Translations under genes and position numbers: made by a program
The notes under the pieces: model-generated
Databases searched by the model: none
Seen by the model: the letters and a program-made list of their open reading frames with translations, nothing else
Told to the model about the DNA's origin: nothing
In this document: positions 17,213-26,612 of the stretch, piece by piece
Layout of the letters: each line of letters opens with the position of its first letter
Numbering within the stretch: the first letter of the stretch is position 1
IMG/VR virus record: IMGVR_UViG_3300036982_000142
Location: 1-30,646 of that record
Direction: 5' to 3' (one strand)
Length of the DNA stretch: 30,646 nucleotides
Source of the DNA: a virus
Taxonomy: Duplodnaviria; Caudoviricetes

Positions 17213-17335
17213 ATGAGGCGCAAACCAACTGACAAGAACCATGTCAAATATCGGACGCAAAGACGGACAAAATCCGATTGGTGTAGATATATCTTTCAAT
17301 TACCCGCCTTCGAGCGACTTAACCCTGACGAATAA
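17213..17335 (+). CDS. Small basic protein, 40 aa
   Basis: ATG 17213 after A-rich spacer; ends in the terminator. Confidence 0.45.
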   Translation: MRRKPTDKNHVKYRTQRRTKSDWCRYIFQLPAFERLNPDE

Positions 17336-17348
17336 GTTGGGGTTTTTT
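17321..17348 (+). terminator. Rho-independent terminator
   Basis: AACCCTGAC/GTTGGGGTT stem plus T-run. Confidence 0.75.
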
Positions 17349-17375
17349 GTTGGTTAAAAAATAATTGTATCTTTG
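17346..17375 (+). promoter_or_regulatory. Host-type promoter TTTG-N18-TATCTTTG for the sigma operon
   Basis: Bacteroidota consensus, 17 nt before ATG 17393. Confidence 0.8.
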
Positions 17376-17392
17376 ACTAAAATCTAATCATT

Positions 17393-17650
17393 ATGGAATA
17401 CGTTTTTTTAATTGCAATGGGGTGGTTTATTCAGGAGTTTGAACCATTTAAGTATTTAGCCGACCTCATCTACGACCGCATTAAGCCCCGACCACTAATT
17501 GATTACGTCTTCGGATCGTTGGAGTGTTGGCAGTGTTGCACATTTTGGTCAGCACTTGCTATTACATGGTCGTTTGAAAAGGCGGTCATTGCTTCGTTTA
17601 TTACGTTTGGGTTACAAATGCTGCACGAAGGATGGATGCGCAGGAAGTAA
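17393..17650 (+). CDS. Small membrane protein with CxxC (DUF1360-like)
   Basis: Hydrophobic segments and LECWQCCTFW motif. Confidence 0.65.
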   Translation: MEYVFLIAMGWFIQEFEPFKYLADLIYDRIKPRPLIDYVFGSLECWQCCTFWSALAITWSFEKAVIASFITFGLQMLHEGWMRRK

Positions 17651-17838
17651 ACCTATTCGAAACCCTTTACGACGAGTTTAACTTGGGTAAAGTTAGCAAG
17701 GTGACTGCGGTGCGTTGTCGTGACGTGTGGAATACGTACAACCCTACAAAAAAAATTACCTATTGTATGTGTTCTTCGGTTCAACGCAGGATATACGCAA
17801 AGGACTTTTTAACGTGGTATGCGGAATATAATAGATAG
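17632..17838 (+). CDS. Small Cys-containing protein
   Basis: 68 aa, C...YCMC; overlaps both neighbours. Confidence 0.65.
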   Translation: MDAQEVNLFETLYDEFNLGKVSKVTAVRCRDVWNTYNPTKKITYCMCSSVQRRIYAKDFLTWYAEYNR

Positions 17839-18322
17839 ATTCTACACTGACAACTATACGCTGTTGGTGAGTGCTGCGAAAAGACGAATAACGCAGTTGA
17901 AGAAATCTATTGAACCAGAAAGCCTTGTTTCCTCGTCCTATTTGTACTTAGTGGGGAAGGTAGACACGATCACCGAGGAAGAAATCGAACGCCTTGCATT
18001 TGGGTTCATCTATTTCGAGCTGATGAGGTACAACTCGCAGACGAATTTAAAGGAACGGATAAACTCCATGGATTTAGAGTTTGAGATTAGTGACGGGAAT
18101 AACCAATCCAACAACCTACTACTTAAAATAGATGTAAGGGACTTTGAAAAAACGTTAGATAGAGTCGATGCAATACTATGGGAAGTGTACTACAACAAGG
18201 GAATAACTACTAAACGAGACTTAGCCGACCATTTTAACATTGACCCTTCCAGTGCATTGATTTACATTAACGAGTTGAAGCAAAAATTTAGAAATTATGT
18301 TGAAGATAAAGAGCGAATATAA
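17819..18322 (+). CDS. Putative ECF-like sigma factor / late transcription activator
   Basis: 167 aa; region-2-like N-terminus (FY...Y..L...A.R...E.LV...YL.L) and region-4-like HTH (L...D..L.E.YY..G.T.RDLA..FNI...S....I...K.K.R). Confidence 0.7.
   Translation: MRNIIDRFYTDNYTLLVSAAKRRITQLKKSIEPESLVSSSYLYLVGKVDTITEEEIERLAFGFIYFELMRYNSQTNLKERINSMDLEFEISDGNNQSNNLLLKIDVRDFEKTLDRVDAILWEVYYNKGITTKRDLADHFNIDPSSALIYINELKQKFRNYVEDKERI
18100..18125 (+). promoter_or_regulatory. TAACCA-N14-TACTTA inside the sigma gene, upstream of the packaging operon
   Basis: Exact motif and spacer. Confidence 0.7.
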
Positions 18323-18536
18323 CGGAGTTAGCGTTGAGTACAAATTGGGGACTGTCCGGGTAACCAAGAAAATTGAGGACTTGACCGAAGCCGACATAAA
18401 CACGGCTAAGAAATGGGGGGTTAACTTAGAAAAGTACTTTGAAAAGACGGAACTACCAACCGAACAACCAACCATACTACCAACTATTGCCTATGAGGGA
18501 GTAGACCAACCTAAACCTAAACGCAAAAAGAAATGA
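18297..18536 (+). CDS. Hypothetical protein with basic tail
   Basis: 79 aa, KPKRKKK C-terminus. Confidence 0.65.
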   Translation: MLKIKSEYNGVSVEYKLGTVRVTKKIEDLTEADINTAKKWGVNLEKYFEKTELPTEQPTILPTIAYEGVDQPKPKRKKK

Positions 18537-18703
18537 AACTAAGCCACGTATTCGCTTTTTTAGTCGCTTGCCTTACGTTTACGGCTGCACTCAGTTTGAT
18601 ATACCACGAGACCGACTTAGTTATGACGTTTTCAGGGTTTTCAATTATCAGTTACCTATGTTACCTCATTGCCATTACAGGCGAAAACGAACACAATGGC
18701 TAA
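18533..18703 (+). CDS. Small two-TM membrane protein, 56 aa (MKLSHVFAFL...)
   Basis: Not in the ORF track; ATGA overlap, two hydrophobic helices. Confidence 0.65.
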   Translation: MKLSHVFAFLVACLTFTAALSLIYHETDLVMTFSGFSIISYLCYLIAITGENEHNG

Positions 18704-18893
18704 TTACTACCTACTTGACGCAGGGAAGAACATGACAAAGTTCGCCATAGCACTGGAAGACGAACTCAAAGAGCAAAAAGCCCACGTAGTTTTTTACCTC
18801 ACGGACGTTGACGGGCTAATGTGCTTGGAGGAAATAAGCGAAGATGAGTTCTTAGACCATTACACCAAAAACACGAAACAAAATGGAAAGTAA
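18696..18893 (+). CDS. Hypothetical protein
   Basis: Start moved to ATG 18696 (MANYYLL...). Confidence 0.6.
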   Translation: MANYYLLDAGKNMTKFAIALEDELKEQKAHVVFYLTDVDGLMCLEEISEDEFLDHYTKNTKQNGK

Positions 18894-19392
18894 ATTAGTA
18901 AAAATATCAGAGGTTAAGTTAAACCCTAACAACCCTCGTCAAATCAAAGACGACAAGTTTAAGAACTTAATCAAATCAATTAAGGACTTTCCACAAATGT
19001 TAGACATTCGTCCTATTGTAGTCAATGAGGATATGGTTATCTTGGGAGGTAATATGAGGTTCCGTGCTTGTAAGGAAGCAGGATTAAAAGAAGTGCCCGT
19101 AATTGTAGCGAACAACTTAACCGAAGACCAACAGCGTGAGTTTTTGATTAAAGACAACGTAAGCGGTGGAGAATGGGATTGGGACTTATTAGCGAATGAG
19201 TGGGAAGTTGAGCAGTTAGAAGAATGGGGATTGGATGTACCAAAAATTTTAGAGTATACAGAAAATGAGCCAAGCGGTTACGATTTATCACAAAAATGGT
19301 TTTTAAATATCGAATTTGAAAATGAACAAGACTGTGAAAAATGGTATAACTCGTTAATTGAAGAAGGTTTAATTTGTAAAATAGTCCAATGA
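18883..19392 (+). CDS. ParB/Srx N-terminal domain protein
   Basis: NP.NPR.I, RPIVV, ILGGN.R..A, DN...GEWD...L. Confidence 0.85.
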   Translation: MESKLVKISEVKLNPNNPRQIKDDKFKNLIKSIKDFPQMLDIRPIVVNEDMVILGGNMRFRACKEAGLKEVPVIVANNLTEDQQREFLIKDNVSGGEWDWDLLANEWEVEQLEEWGLDVPKILEYTENEPSGYDLSQKWFLNIEFENEQDCEKWYNSLIEEGLICKIVQ

Positions 19393-20510
19393 TACCAAGC
19401 AATATAAAATTTGAATTACAAAGTGAAGTGTTTAACACTTTTCGATGTCAAGCCGCAGCAAATAGTTTAGATATTGACGTTAAAAAAAAGTCGGTACATA
19501 AACTCGAAATAAATAATATCAATCTTCCTAAAACTTGGAATATAGGCTTAATTTATGGTGCTTCAGGTAGTGGCAAAACAACCTTAGCAAAGCATTTGTT
19601 TGGCAGTGATATATTTGATTGTTCTATGGATGACAATAAAAGTATTATAGACCAATTACCTCAAGAATATACATATGAAGATTGTGCAAATATATTAAAC
19701 GGTATAGGTTTAAACTCAGTTCCTTGTTGGATTAGACCAATTAAAACATTGTCGAATGGTCAACGGGCAAGAGCAGAAGCGGCTTATTTGATGTGTAAAC
19801 AAGATTTTATTTGTATAGATGAGTGGACAAGCGTAGTGGATAGAACTGTTGCAAAAGCAATGAGTGTATGTTTGCAAAAATTTGCCAAGAAATACAACAA
19901 ACAAATAATTTTATTAAGCTGTCATTATGACATTTTAGAATGGGTCAATCCAGATTGGATGATTGATTGTAACAAACAAATTTTTGAACTTCCCAAATCG
20001 GAGGATTTTTTTTTTAGTGAGCGAGAAAAACTCGAATTTACAATTAAAGAAGTCGGCAGAGAAACTTGGAAGTATTTTAGTAAATATCATTATTTAAGTG
20101 AACGGCTGCCCGGTGGTAAAATATATTTGTACGGCATTTTTTATGGTAACGACCAAATAGGCTTTCAATGCTTTGCTAATTACACGCCACACAAAAAAGG
20201 AACAAAGATTATTTATCACTCGAATAGAACAGTAATCCACCCCGATTACAATGGTCTTGGTTTAGGTATTAAGTTAATAAATGAAACAAGCAGTTTGCTT
20301 CAACAAAAAATAGACTGCAAAATAATGGCTAAATTTTCTGCTATTCCAGTTTTCAAAGCAATGAAAAAACAAAAGCAATGGATTTTCTTAGGAGAAAAAA
20401 GATTGATGGGTAAAATGAAAACGGGCGGAACTGCGTCAAAAGGCTTTGCGCAAAATCAGAGTTTTAGAGAAAATGGAGTTAGGACATTTCATTTTGAATT
20501 TAGAAAATAA
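19389..20510 (+). CDS. ABC-type ATPase fused to a GNAT acyltransferase
   Basis: Walker A GASGSGKT, signature LSNGQ, Walker B ICIDE, H-loop SCH; GNAT motif A RTVIHPDYNGLGLG. Confidence 0.85.
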   Translation: MIPSNIKFELQSEVFNTFRCQAAANSLDIDVKKKSVHKLEINNINLPKTWNIGLIYGASGSGKTTLAKHLFGSDIFDCSMDDNKSIIDQLPQEYTYEDCANILNGIGLNSVPCWIRPIKTLSNGQRARAEAAYLMCKQDFICIDEWTSVVDRTVAKAMSVCLQKFAKKYNKQIILLSCHYDILEWVNPDWMIDCNKQIFELPKSEDFFFSEREKLEFTIKEVGRETWKYFSKYHYLSERLPGGKIYLYGIFYGNDQIGFQCFANYTPHKKGTKIIYHSNRTVIHPDYNGLGLGIKLINETSSLLQQKIDCKIMAKFSAIPVFKAMKKQKQWIFLGEKRLMGKMKTGGTASKGFAQNQSFRENGVRTFHFEFRK

Positions 20511-20527
20511 CGTGAAAAAAACGAGAT

Positions 20528-20902
20528 ATGGCAAATGAACAAAACTTAAAAAAATTCAGTTCGGAATATCAACCCGAGAAGAACGGGCGACCTCGCAAAT
20601 GGATAAGCGAACTTAAAGAAAGCGGTTACAAATCTTCGGAAGTGAACGACTGTATTTTAGTAATGTTGTCAATGACATTGGAGGAACTTGCTGACGTATA
20701 TAAAAACCCGAAGGCAACTATTCTTGAAAAGACGGTTGCCAATGCTTTAAAGCGGTCACTTGAAAAAGGTTCGCTGTATTCACTTGAGACGCTATTAAGT
20801 CGAGCAGTAGGTAAGCCAAAGGAAAGCGTAGACCATACGACAATGGGCGAAAGGTTAACCGAGGTTCAAGTAAACATAGTCAATGCAGATAAACGCAACT
20901 AA
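20528..20902 (+). CDS. terS: Putative terminase small subunit
   Basis: N-terminal NL..F...NGRPRK, helical core, GKP.E.VD; overlaps TerL. Confidence 0.7.
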   Translation: MANEQNLKKFSSEYQPEKNGRPRKWISELKESGYKSSEVNDCILVMLSMTLEELADVYKNPKATILEKTVANALKRSLEKGSLYSLETLLSRAVGKPKESVDHTTMGERLTEVQVNIVNADKRN

Positions 20903-22034
20903 TATCTTTCAACGTAACTGGGACGCACTTACCAACTCGGAGGTGCGTTTCATCGTTAACGAGGGTGGCTCACGTTCAAGTAAGACCTATTCGCTTTGTC
21001 AGCTGCTAATTGTCTACTGCATACAAAACCCAAACAAGGTTGTTAGTATTGTTCGTAAGACCTTCCCTGCATTGAGGGCTACGGTCATGCGTGACTTCTT
21101 CGAGATACTTAAAGACTTGGAGATTTACGAAAAGGCGAACCATAACATGAGTGAGAATATATACCGCTTCCCCAATGGAAGTATAGTTGAGTTCTTTAGT
21201 GTGGACGACGAGCAAAAGATACGGGGGCGTAAGCGGGATATAGGTTGGTGCAACGAGGCGAATGAACTTTATTTCGAGGACTTCCAACAGCTCAACATGC
21301 GAACCGAGGACAAGTTGATATTTGACTACAATCCGAGTGAGTCTTCCTCATGGCTTTATGAGTTACCGCCTCACGAAAGCGTAATGATCAAGTCGACCTA
21401 CAAAGACAACCCCTTCCTGCCCGAAAGCATTAAGCGACAAATCGAAGACCTTAAGCGAACCGACGAAAGTCTTTACCAAATTTACGCTCTGGGTGAAAAG
21501 GCAATCAGCAAATCTAACATATACAACAATTGGACGTTTACTAAGTCGAGACCTTCGAGGTTTACTAATTTCGTGATGGGACTTGACTTCGGGTATAATC
21601 ACCCCACTGCGCTCGTAAGAGTCTATTGGCATGAGGGGGATATTTACATTGAGCCAGTAATTTATCAAAGCTACCTAACCACTTCGGAGTTAATCCAAAA
21701 GTTCAAAGACCTCGACATTGAAAAGACGATTGATATAATGGCAGATTACTCACGCCCCGAAATAATTGCCGAAATGCAAAACGCAGGGTATAACGTGAAC
21801 AACGCTAACAAGTCGGTTAAGATGGGGATAAACTACGTTAAGACCTTCGGGGTATTTTGTGAGGAAGAACCAACGCTAAAAAAGGAATACGAAAATTATA
21901 AGTGGAAGAAGGTAGGCGACATGATATTAGACGAACCTGTCAAACTATACGACGATGCAATGGACGCAGTGCGTTACGCAACTACTCACATTAAAGAGAT
22001 GTACTATACCGACGATGGCTACGTGGCGTTCTAA
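20883..22034 (+). CDS. terL: Terminase large subunit, PBSX family
   Basis: GGSRSSKT Walker A, NEA.E, YNP, TYKDNPFL, GLDFG...P, DAMDAVRY. Confidence 0.95.
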   Translation: MQINATNIFQRNWDALTNSEVRFIVNEGGSRSSKTYSLCQLLIVYCIQNPNKVVSIVRKTFPALRATVMRDFFEILKDLEIYEKANHNMSENIYRFPNGSIVEFFSVDDEQKIRGRKRDIGWCNEANELYFEDFQQLNMRTEDKLIFDYNPSESSSWLYELPPHESVMIKSTYKDNPFLPESIKRQIEDLKRTDESLYQIYALGEKAISKSNIYNNWTFTKSRPSRFTNFVMGLDFGYNHPTALVRVYWHEGDIYIEPVIYQSYLTTSELIQKFKDLDIEKTIDIMADYSRPEIIAEMQNAGYNVNNANKSVKMGINYVKTFGVFCEEEPTLKKEYENYKWKKVGDMILDEPVKLYDDAMDAVRYATTHIKEMYYTDDGYVAF

Positions 22035-22057
22035 CCACCAAACGAAATAAATACTTA
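22032..22057 (+). promoter_or_regulatory. Late promoter motif TAACCA-N14-TACTTA
   Basis: Exact motif, 7 nt before ATG 22065. Confidence 0.8.
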
Positions 22058-22064
22058 AGGAGTT

Positions 22065-23471
22065 ATGGCAATGACACTAATAGCAGCACCGCAAGACTTC
22101 ACACCAGCGTATAACCCTTGCAAGTTTATATTCAACTCGACGAACAAGAACAACGAGGGCTTTCGATATATCTTCGACATTTACGAAAGTGGCACGATCA
22201 ATAAAATAGGTGAGTACCGGGTACTGCCTACCTACGGAACGGGCTACGGGGAAGTTGACCTCAGCAAGTTGTTAGGGTCAAAAGTTGCGCCCGACTTCCA
22301 ACCTACTAACTACTCGGAGTTAGACACACCGACTTCACGCTACAAGTACGATGTGCAAGTAGGCGAAGAATACATAGTCACTTACAACTACACCGCTTCA
22401 CTTGCGGACAACGGGGGTAACGTTGAGATTACACCTACCGCAGCTCACACATTTTTAGTGGGTGACCAAGTTGTAGTTGACGCAGGAACGAACACTTTGA
22501 TTACGGGCTTATGGACTGTCATAGCCGTAACTGGAACGACGGACTTTACAATCAGTGCGGCTTGGTCAAACGTTGTCGACCCAACGGAGAACGGAACGGT
22601 AACTTATGCGGACAAGCGAAAGACGGTCACACGGGATATTATAGACGAACTAAACAAATACGTGTTTAACGGAGCGTTGCCTTGGGTGCAGTTTCCTAAC
22701 TACCTTTTAACTGACTATTTATTAGACAACACGGCTGCGCTATTCCTGACTTCGATGTCTTACCGAGATATGACCATAGCACCTAATCAGGAAGTTTGGT
22801 TTAATGGGTTCAACAACTCGGTGACGGGTCGAGTAGTGTTTAACAATAGCAACGGGGACTCGTTTTACTACGATGTCATGAACACGGAAATAACTACTCA
22901 ACTTTGCGTTGCAAGTCCTAACCTTAACCTAACTGTCATTACTGGAACTGCGCCATTGATTAAGTCCGATACAACGTACTACGAGTTTTATTTCATTGAT
23001 GCTTCAGCACCACCCGACTCACAAACGTACACTTTTAACATTGACCAACGCTGCGCAATCAACGACTACTATTTAGTCTTTTTAGATCGTATGGGTTCGT
23101 GGAGTTCGTTTAGTTTTCCTTTACGTTCTTACGAGACGGGGACAAGCACAAAGCAATCCTTTAACAAAGTGGTTGAGGGCTACGTTAACGGGACGGAGTG
23201 GAGTTATACAAGTGACGCAAGAGGGCTAACAACTTACTCGAGTACGGTAGACAAAAACTTCCAACTCAATACAAACTGGATGAACGAGCAAATGGCTGCC
23301 TACTTCCAAGAGTTGATTACGTCACCCGTAGTGTACTTTTGGGACGGAACTCAGTACCTTGCTTGTGTTGTTCAGGAAACCGCCTTCGAGGTTGAGCGAC
23401 AAAAGAACAAGAACCTAATTAAAAAGACGGTTAACGTAAAGTTGGCGAACCAAGACAAAATTAACTTATGA
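22065..23471 (+). CDS. Tail structural protein (distal-tail-like)
   Basis: 468 aa, beta-rich; C-terminal FL.R.G.W..F.F, LNT.W, EL..SP.V pattern seen in Bacteroidota phage tail proteins. Confidence 0.6.
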   Translation: MAMTLIAAPQDFTPAYNPCKFIFNSTNKNNEGFRYIFDIYESGTINKIGEYRVLPTYGTGYGEVDLSKLLGSKVAPDFQPTNYSELDTPTSRYKYDVQVGEEYIVTYNYTASLADNGGNVEITPTAAHTFLVGDQVVVDAGTNTLITGLWTVIAVTGTTDFTISAAWSNVVDPTENGTVTYADKRKTVTRDIIDELNKYVFNGALPWVQFPNYLLTDYLLDNTAALFLTSMSYRDMTIAPNQEVWFNGFNNSVTGRVVFNNSNGDSFYYDVMNTEITTQLCVASPNLNLTVITGTAPLIKSDTTYYEFYFIDASAPPDSQTYTFNIDQRCAINDYYLVFLDRMGSWSSFSFPLRSYETGTSTKQSFNKVVEGYVNGTEWSYTSDARGLTTYSSTVDKNFQLNTNWMNEQMAAYFQELITSPVVYFWDGTQYLACVVQETAFEVERQKNKNLIKKTVNVKLANQDKINL

Positions 23472-26107
23472 GTGTACGCATACAATTAGAGACGGGCTAC
23501 CTTGACGTGAAGGAGGGGACTGCCTTCCCCCTTAATTTTGGTGTTGCTGACATTCGAGACGTAAGTAAAAAGTCGGGAGCGTTCTCAAAGACGATTACGT
23601 TAACGGGAACGGCAAACAACAACAACCTACTCAATCACTACTACGATATAAACGTACAGGCGGGAACGTTTAACATAAACACCCTGACGAGGTGTAGTGT
23701 TATTCAAAACGGACTTCCAGTTCTTGAAGCGGGTTACCTTCAACTAATAGCTGTTAACAAAGTACAAACGACTGCGGACTATGAGAACGAAGTTGAATAC
23801 GAGGTTTTAGTAAAAGACGAAAGTTCGGACTTCTTTACCAAGTTAGGCAATAAGGAACTTACGGACTTAGATTTTAGCGACCTTAACCACGAGTACCGAG
23901 CGGACAACGTAGTGAACTCATTTGCGAACACTCAAGGGGATGGGTACAAATACCTCCTACCCTTTAAGGACTCTAATAGTTATTTACTGCAAGAGATGAA
24001 ACCCGCCATTTACGCAAAGACTTACTTTGACCGTATCTTTAGCAACGCAGGGTTTTCTTACACTTGGAATAGTTTAGCTGCTGCCCACTTCGACAAACTC
24101 ATAATACCTTTTAATGGGGAAAAGTCAGTTGTTGACAACACCGATTATTTAGTTGACGCAAATACTTCGTTTACTGACTCAGGAACTCCAGCGGTATTTA
24201 TTAACCCAATTACGGGGTGGACGGAAACACAAGACGCATTTAACTTATTCAATCCAACTACGGGAGAATACGATGTGCCTTTTAACTTACAAGCGTCCGA
24301 AAGTGTAGTATTTGAGTTTACGTTTACCGCAGACTTAACGCTTATAAATGGCAACGCAGGAACGGCAACACTACAATCGAACAACCTATCTTATAAGCCG
24401 TACTTTCAACTTGATTTAAACGGCACACCATACGCAACAACAAACGGTTCACCTGCGGGAATAAGCGTACCTTTTGGAACTACTATACCAGTCGGCAATA
24501 CTTCAATAGGTACTTTGTCAGGGACTTATTCAATGTTAGTAAGTAACGTAATCACAACGGACTTATTTACTATTAAGGGCGGTTCGTTAACTTTGGACTA
24601 TTGGACTGTTGGCGGTGTGTTTGCGCAAGTAGGTTTAGAAATAGATTTTACTTCGTTGCAAGTTCGCATACTACCTTCGTCAAACATTCTCGGCTACGGG
24701 GCGCAGATTGATATGAATAACGTAGTGCCTAACAAGGTAAAGCAAGCGGATTTCATTAAGTCATTGTTCACGATGTACAACCTTTATACCGAGCAAGACA
24801 ACGACGTTCCTAACAACTTGGTGTTGATGCACCGAGACGACTACTACGACAGCGGAGCGGAGATTGATTGGACGTATAAGTTAGCAAAGGACAAAGACCA
24901 AGCCCTTCAATTCTTACCCGAGTTGAGCGCAAAGAAATTAATCCTAACCTACAAGAACGACAGCGACGACCCTAACAAAATATACTTTGAAGCTACTAAA
25001 GAAATATACGGACAACTTGAGTTTATCTTCGACAACGAGTACGTCAAGGGAATAGACACGAAAGAAATAACCTTTAGCCCGACACCAATAGGACTAAGCA
25101 CATTCAACGCTTACTTACCTTTGCTTTCAGGCGAACCAAAAGTGAACATTCGCATCTTACAAGATGGAGGGGAGGGAACGTGTGACGCTTACAATTTATA
25201 CAACTACGGAACGACGGGCGAAACCAACGTAACGACCTACCCAATTTTGCACCATTGGGACGACCCGATAAACCCGAGCTTCGATATTCTATTTGCGCAG
25301 CCAGATTATATGTTTTATAACGGGTACAACGTCACGAATAACAACCTTTACAATTTGTACTGGAGACGCACCGTTAACCAAATCAATGTCGGTAAAATGT
25401 TGACGGCATATTTTGACCTACGAGAAGACGACATACAAAGTCTTAAGTTAAATTCAAAGGTTCGTATAGATAACAGTTGGTGGACGATTAACAAAGTAAT
25501 TGATTACGACTGCAACGCTCAAAACTTGACTAAGGTTGAATTGATGAGTGCGGACACTGAAATAGATTTAGCACCATTTAAAAAGGGCTCAGTTACCCCG
25601 ACAACGGTAGGAGACTTAGCAAGTCACACGGGCAGCATACACTTTAACAATTCGTTTGTGGGGAACGTAGTACCCGGTACGTCAGTAAGTGCTATCTACG
25701 GACAGGGCAACGTAATTCAACCGGGCGTTAACGGAATAATCGTAGGCGACAATAAGATACTCGACCAAACGGGAATAAGCACCGAGAGGATAGCTGCGGA
25801 CGTGGCTAACATTAAGTCGTTGAGTTTGTCGGGTGGTATTAAGTACCCACTTATTAAAACAAATGTTAACTACTATATAACAACAAACGATTATTTGATT
25901 ATTTGTGATGGTGTAAATATTTACTTACCATTAAGTTCAATTGAAAATCAAGGTCAAGTTTATGTTATTAAAACGGAAAGCAGCACAAGCATAGTTTATA
26001 CGTTGGGCTCAGATGTTATTGATTTATCTTCAACGTCAGTTACCCTGTTAGCATACGAAAGTATTTCCTTAATAAGCAATGGAAGTACGGGTTGGCTCAT
26101 TATTTAA
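23468..26107 (+). CDS. Large tail tip / hub protein
   Basis: 879 aa; 'LN...ADI.D...K...FSKT..L.GT..NN' N-terminus, Q.DFIK....YNL, fibre-like C-terminus. Confidence 0.65.
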   Translation: MSVRIQLETGYLDVKEGTAFPLNFGVADIRDVSKKSGAFSKTITLTGTANNNNLLNHYYDINVQAGTFNINTLTRCSVIQNGLPVLEAGYLQLIAVNKVQTTADYENEVEYEVLVKDESSDFFTKLGNKELTDLDFSDLNHEYRADNVVNSFANTQGDGYKYLLPFKDSNSYLLQEMKPAIYAKTYFDRIFSNAGFSYTWNSLAAAHFDKLIIPFNGEKSVVDNTDYLVDANTSFTDSGTPAVFINPITGWTETQDAFNLFNPTTGEYDVPFNLQASESVVFEFTFTADLTLINGNAGTATLQSNNLSYKPYFQLDLNGTPYATTNGSPAGISVPFGTTIPVGNTSIGTLSGTYSMLVSNVITTDLFTIKGGSLTLDYWTVGGVFAQVGLEIDFTSLQVRILPSSNILGYGAQIDMNNVVPNKVKQADFIKSLFTMYNLYTEQDNDVPNNLVLMHRDDYYDSGAEIDWTYKLAKDKDQALQFLPELSAKKLILTYKNDSDDPNKIYFEATKEIYGQLEFIFDNEYVKGIDTKEITFSPTPIGLSTFNAYLPLLSGEPKVNIRILQDGGEGTCDAYNLYNYGTTGETNVTTYPILHHWDDPINPSFDILFAQPDYMFYNGYNVTNNNLYNLYWRRTVNQINVGKMLTAYFDLREDDIQSLKLNSKVRIDNSWWTINKVIDYDCNAQNLTKVELMSADTEIDLAPFKKGSVTPTTVGDLASHTGSIHFNNSFVGNVVPGTSVSAIYGQGNVIQPGVNGIIVGDNKILDQTGISTERIAADVANIKSLSLSGGIKYPLIKTNVNYYITTNDYLIICDGVNIYLPLSSIENQGQVYVIKTESSTSIVYTLGSDVIDLSSTSVTLLAYESISLISNGSTGWLII

Positions 26108-26130
26108 CCAACATAAACACGAATTACTTA
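26105..26130 (+). promoter_or_regulatory. Late promoter motif TAACCA-N14-TACTTA
   Basis: Exact motif, 8 nt before ATG 26139. Confidence 0.8.
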
Positions 26131-26138
26131 AGTAAGTT

Positions 26139-26612
26139 ATGCAAGGTTCATTTAAGATAAAGTACAAAACCCGTTTTAAGCTACAAAAAGCTATTCAACA
26201 AACTATTACTCAAATTGGGTTTGATGAGTCAGGTGAAGGTACGGGAACGATGCACGACTCAATTCGTATTTCAGCTGCAACGGGTGACTTGAATAAATTA
26301 TACGTTACGATTAACGCCATCTTTTACTATATGTTTATGGACAAAGGCGCAAACCTTACCAATGGTGGGGTTATTCGTCCGCAGTTCATAACACAAAAAG
26401 CAATAGATAGCCCTTTAGGTCAACAGTTCTTAAACGACGCAGTAGGCGAGTACCTTGTATGGATGCAAGCCAACTATCCTATCTTAGACGTGGCTACAAT
26501 TAACGTCACCCCTTCCAATATCAAGTTAGAAATTACTTATAATTTATTCGGTGCTGATGGTGGTAAGTGGAACGGAGAATTTGACTACGCTACTAATTGG
26601 AATAATTACTAA
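26139..26612 (+). CDS. Putative neck/tail-completion protein
   Basis: 157 aa; TG.M..SI and Y..FMD.G motifs reminiscent of HK97 gp10-like proteins. Confidence 0.5.
   Translation: MQGSFKIKYKTRFKLQKAIQQTITQIGFDESGEGTGTMHDSIRISAATGDLNKLYVTINAIFYYMFMDKGANLTNGGVIRPQFITQKAIDSPLGQQFLNDAVGEYLVWMQANYPILDVATINVTPSNIKLEITYNLFGADGGKWNGEFDYATNWNNY

Noticed and set aside
8416-17340. Lysogeny module
   Set aside because: No integrase, att site or divergent repressor pair recognised; lifestyle left undetermined
18883-19392. Plasmid-prophage partition system
   Set aside because: Only the ParB N-terminal domain; no HTH and no ParA
19389-20510. ABC transporter
   Set aside because: No adjacent permease or substrate-binding gene; fused to GNAT and located in the packaging region
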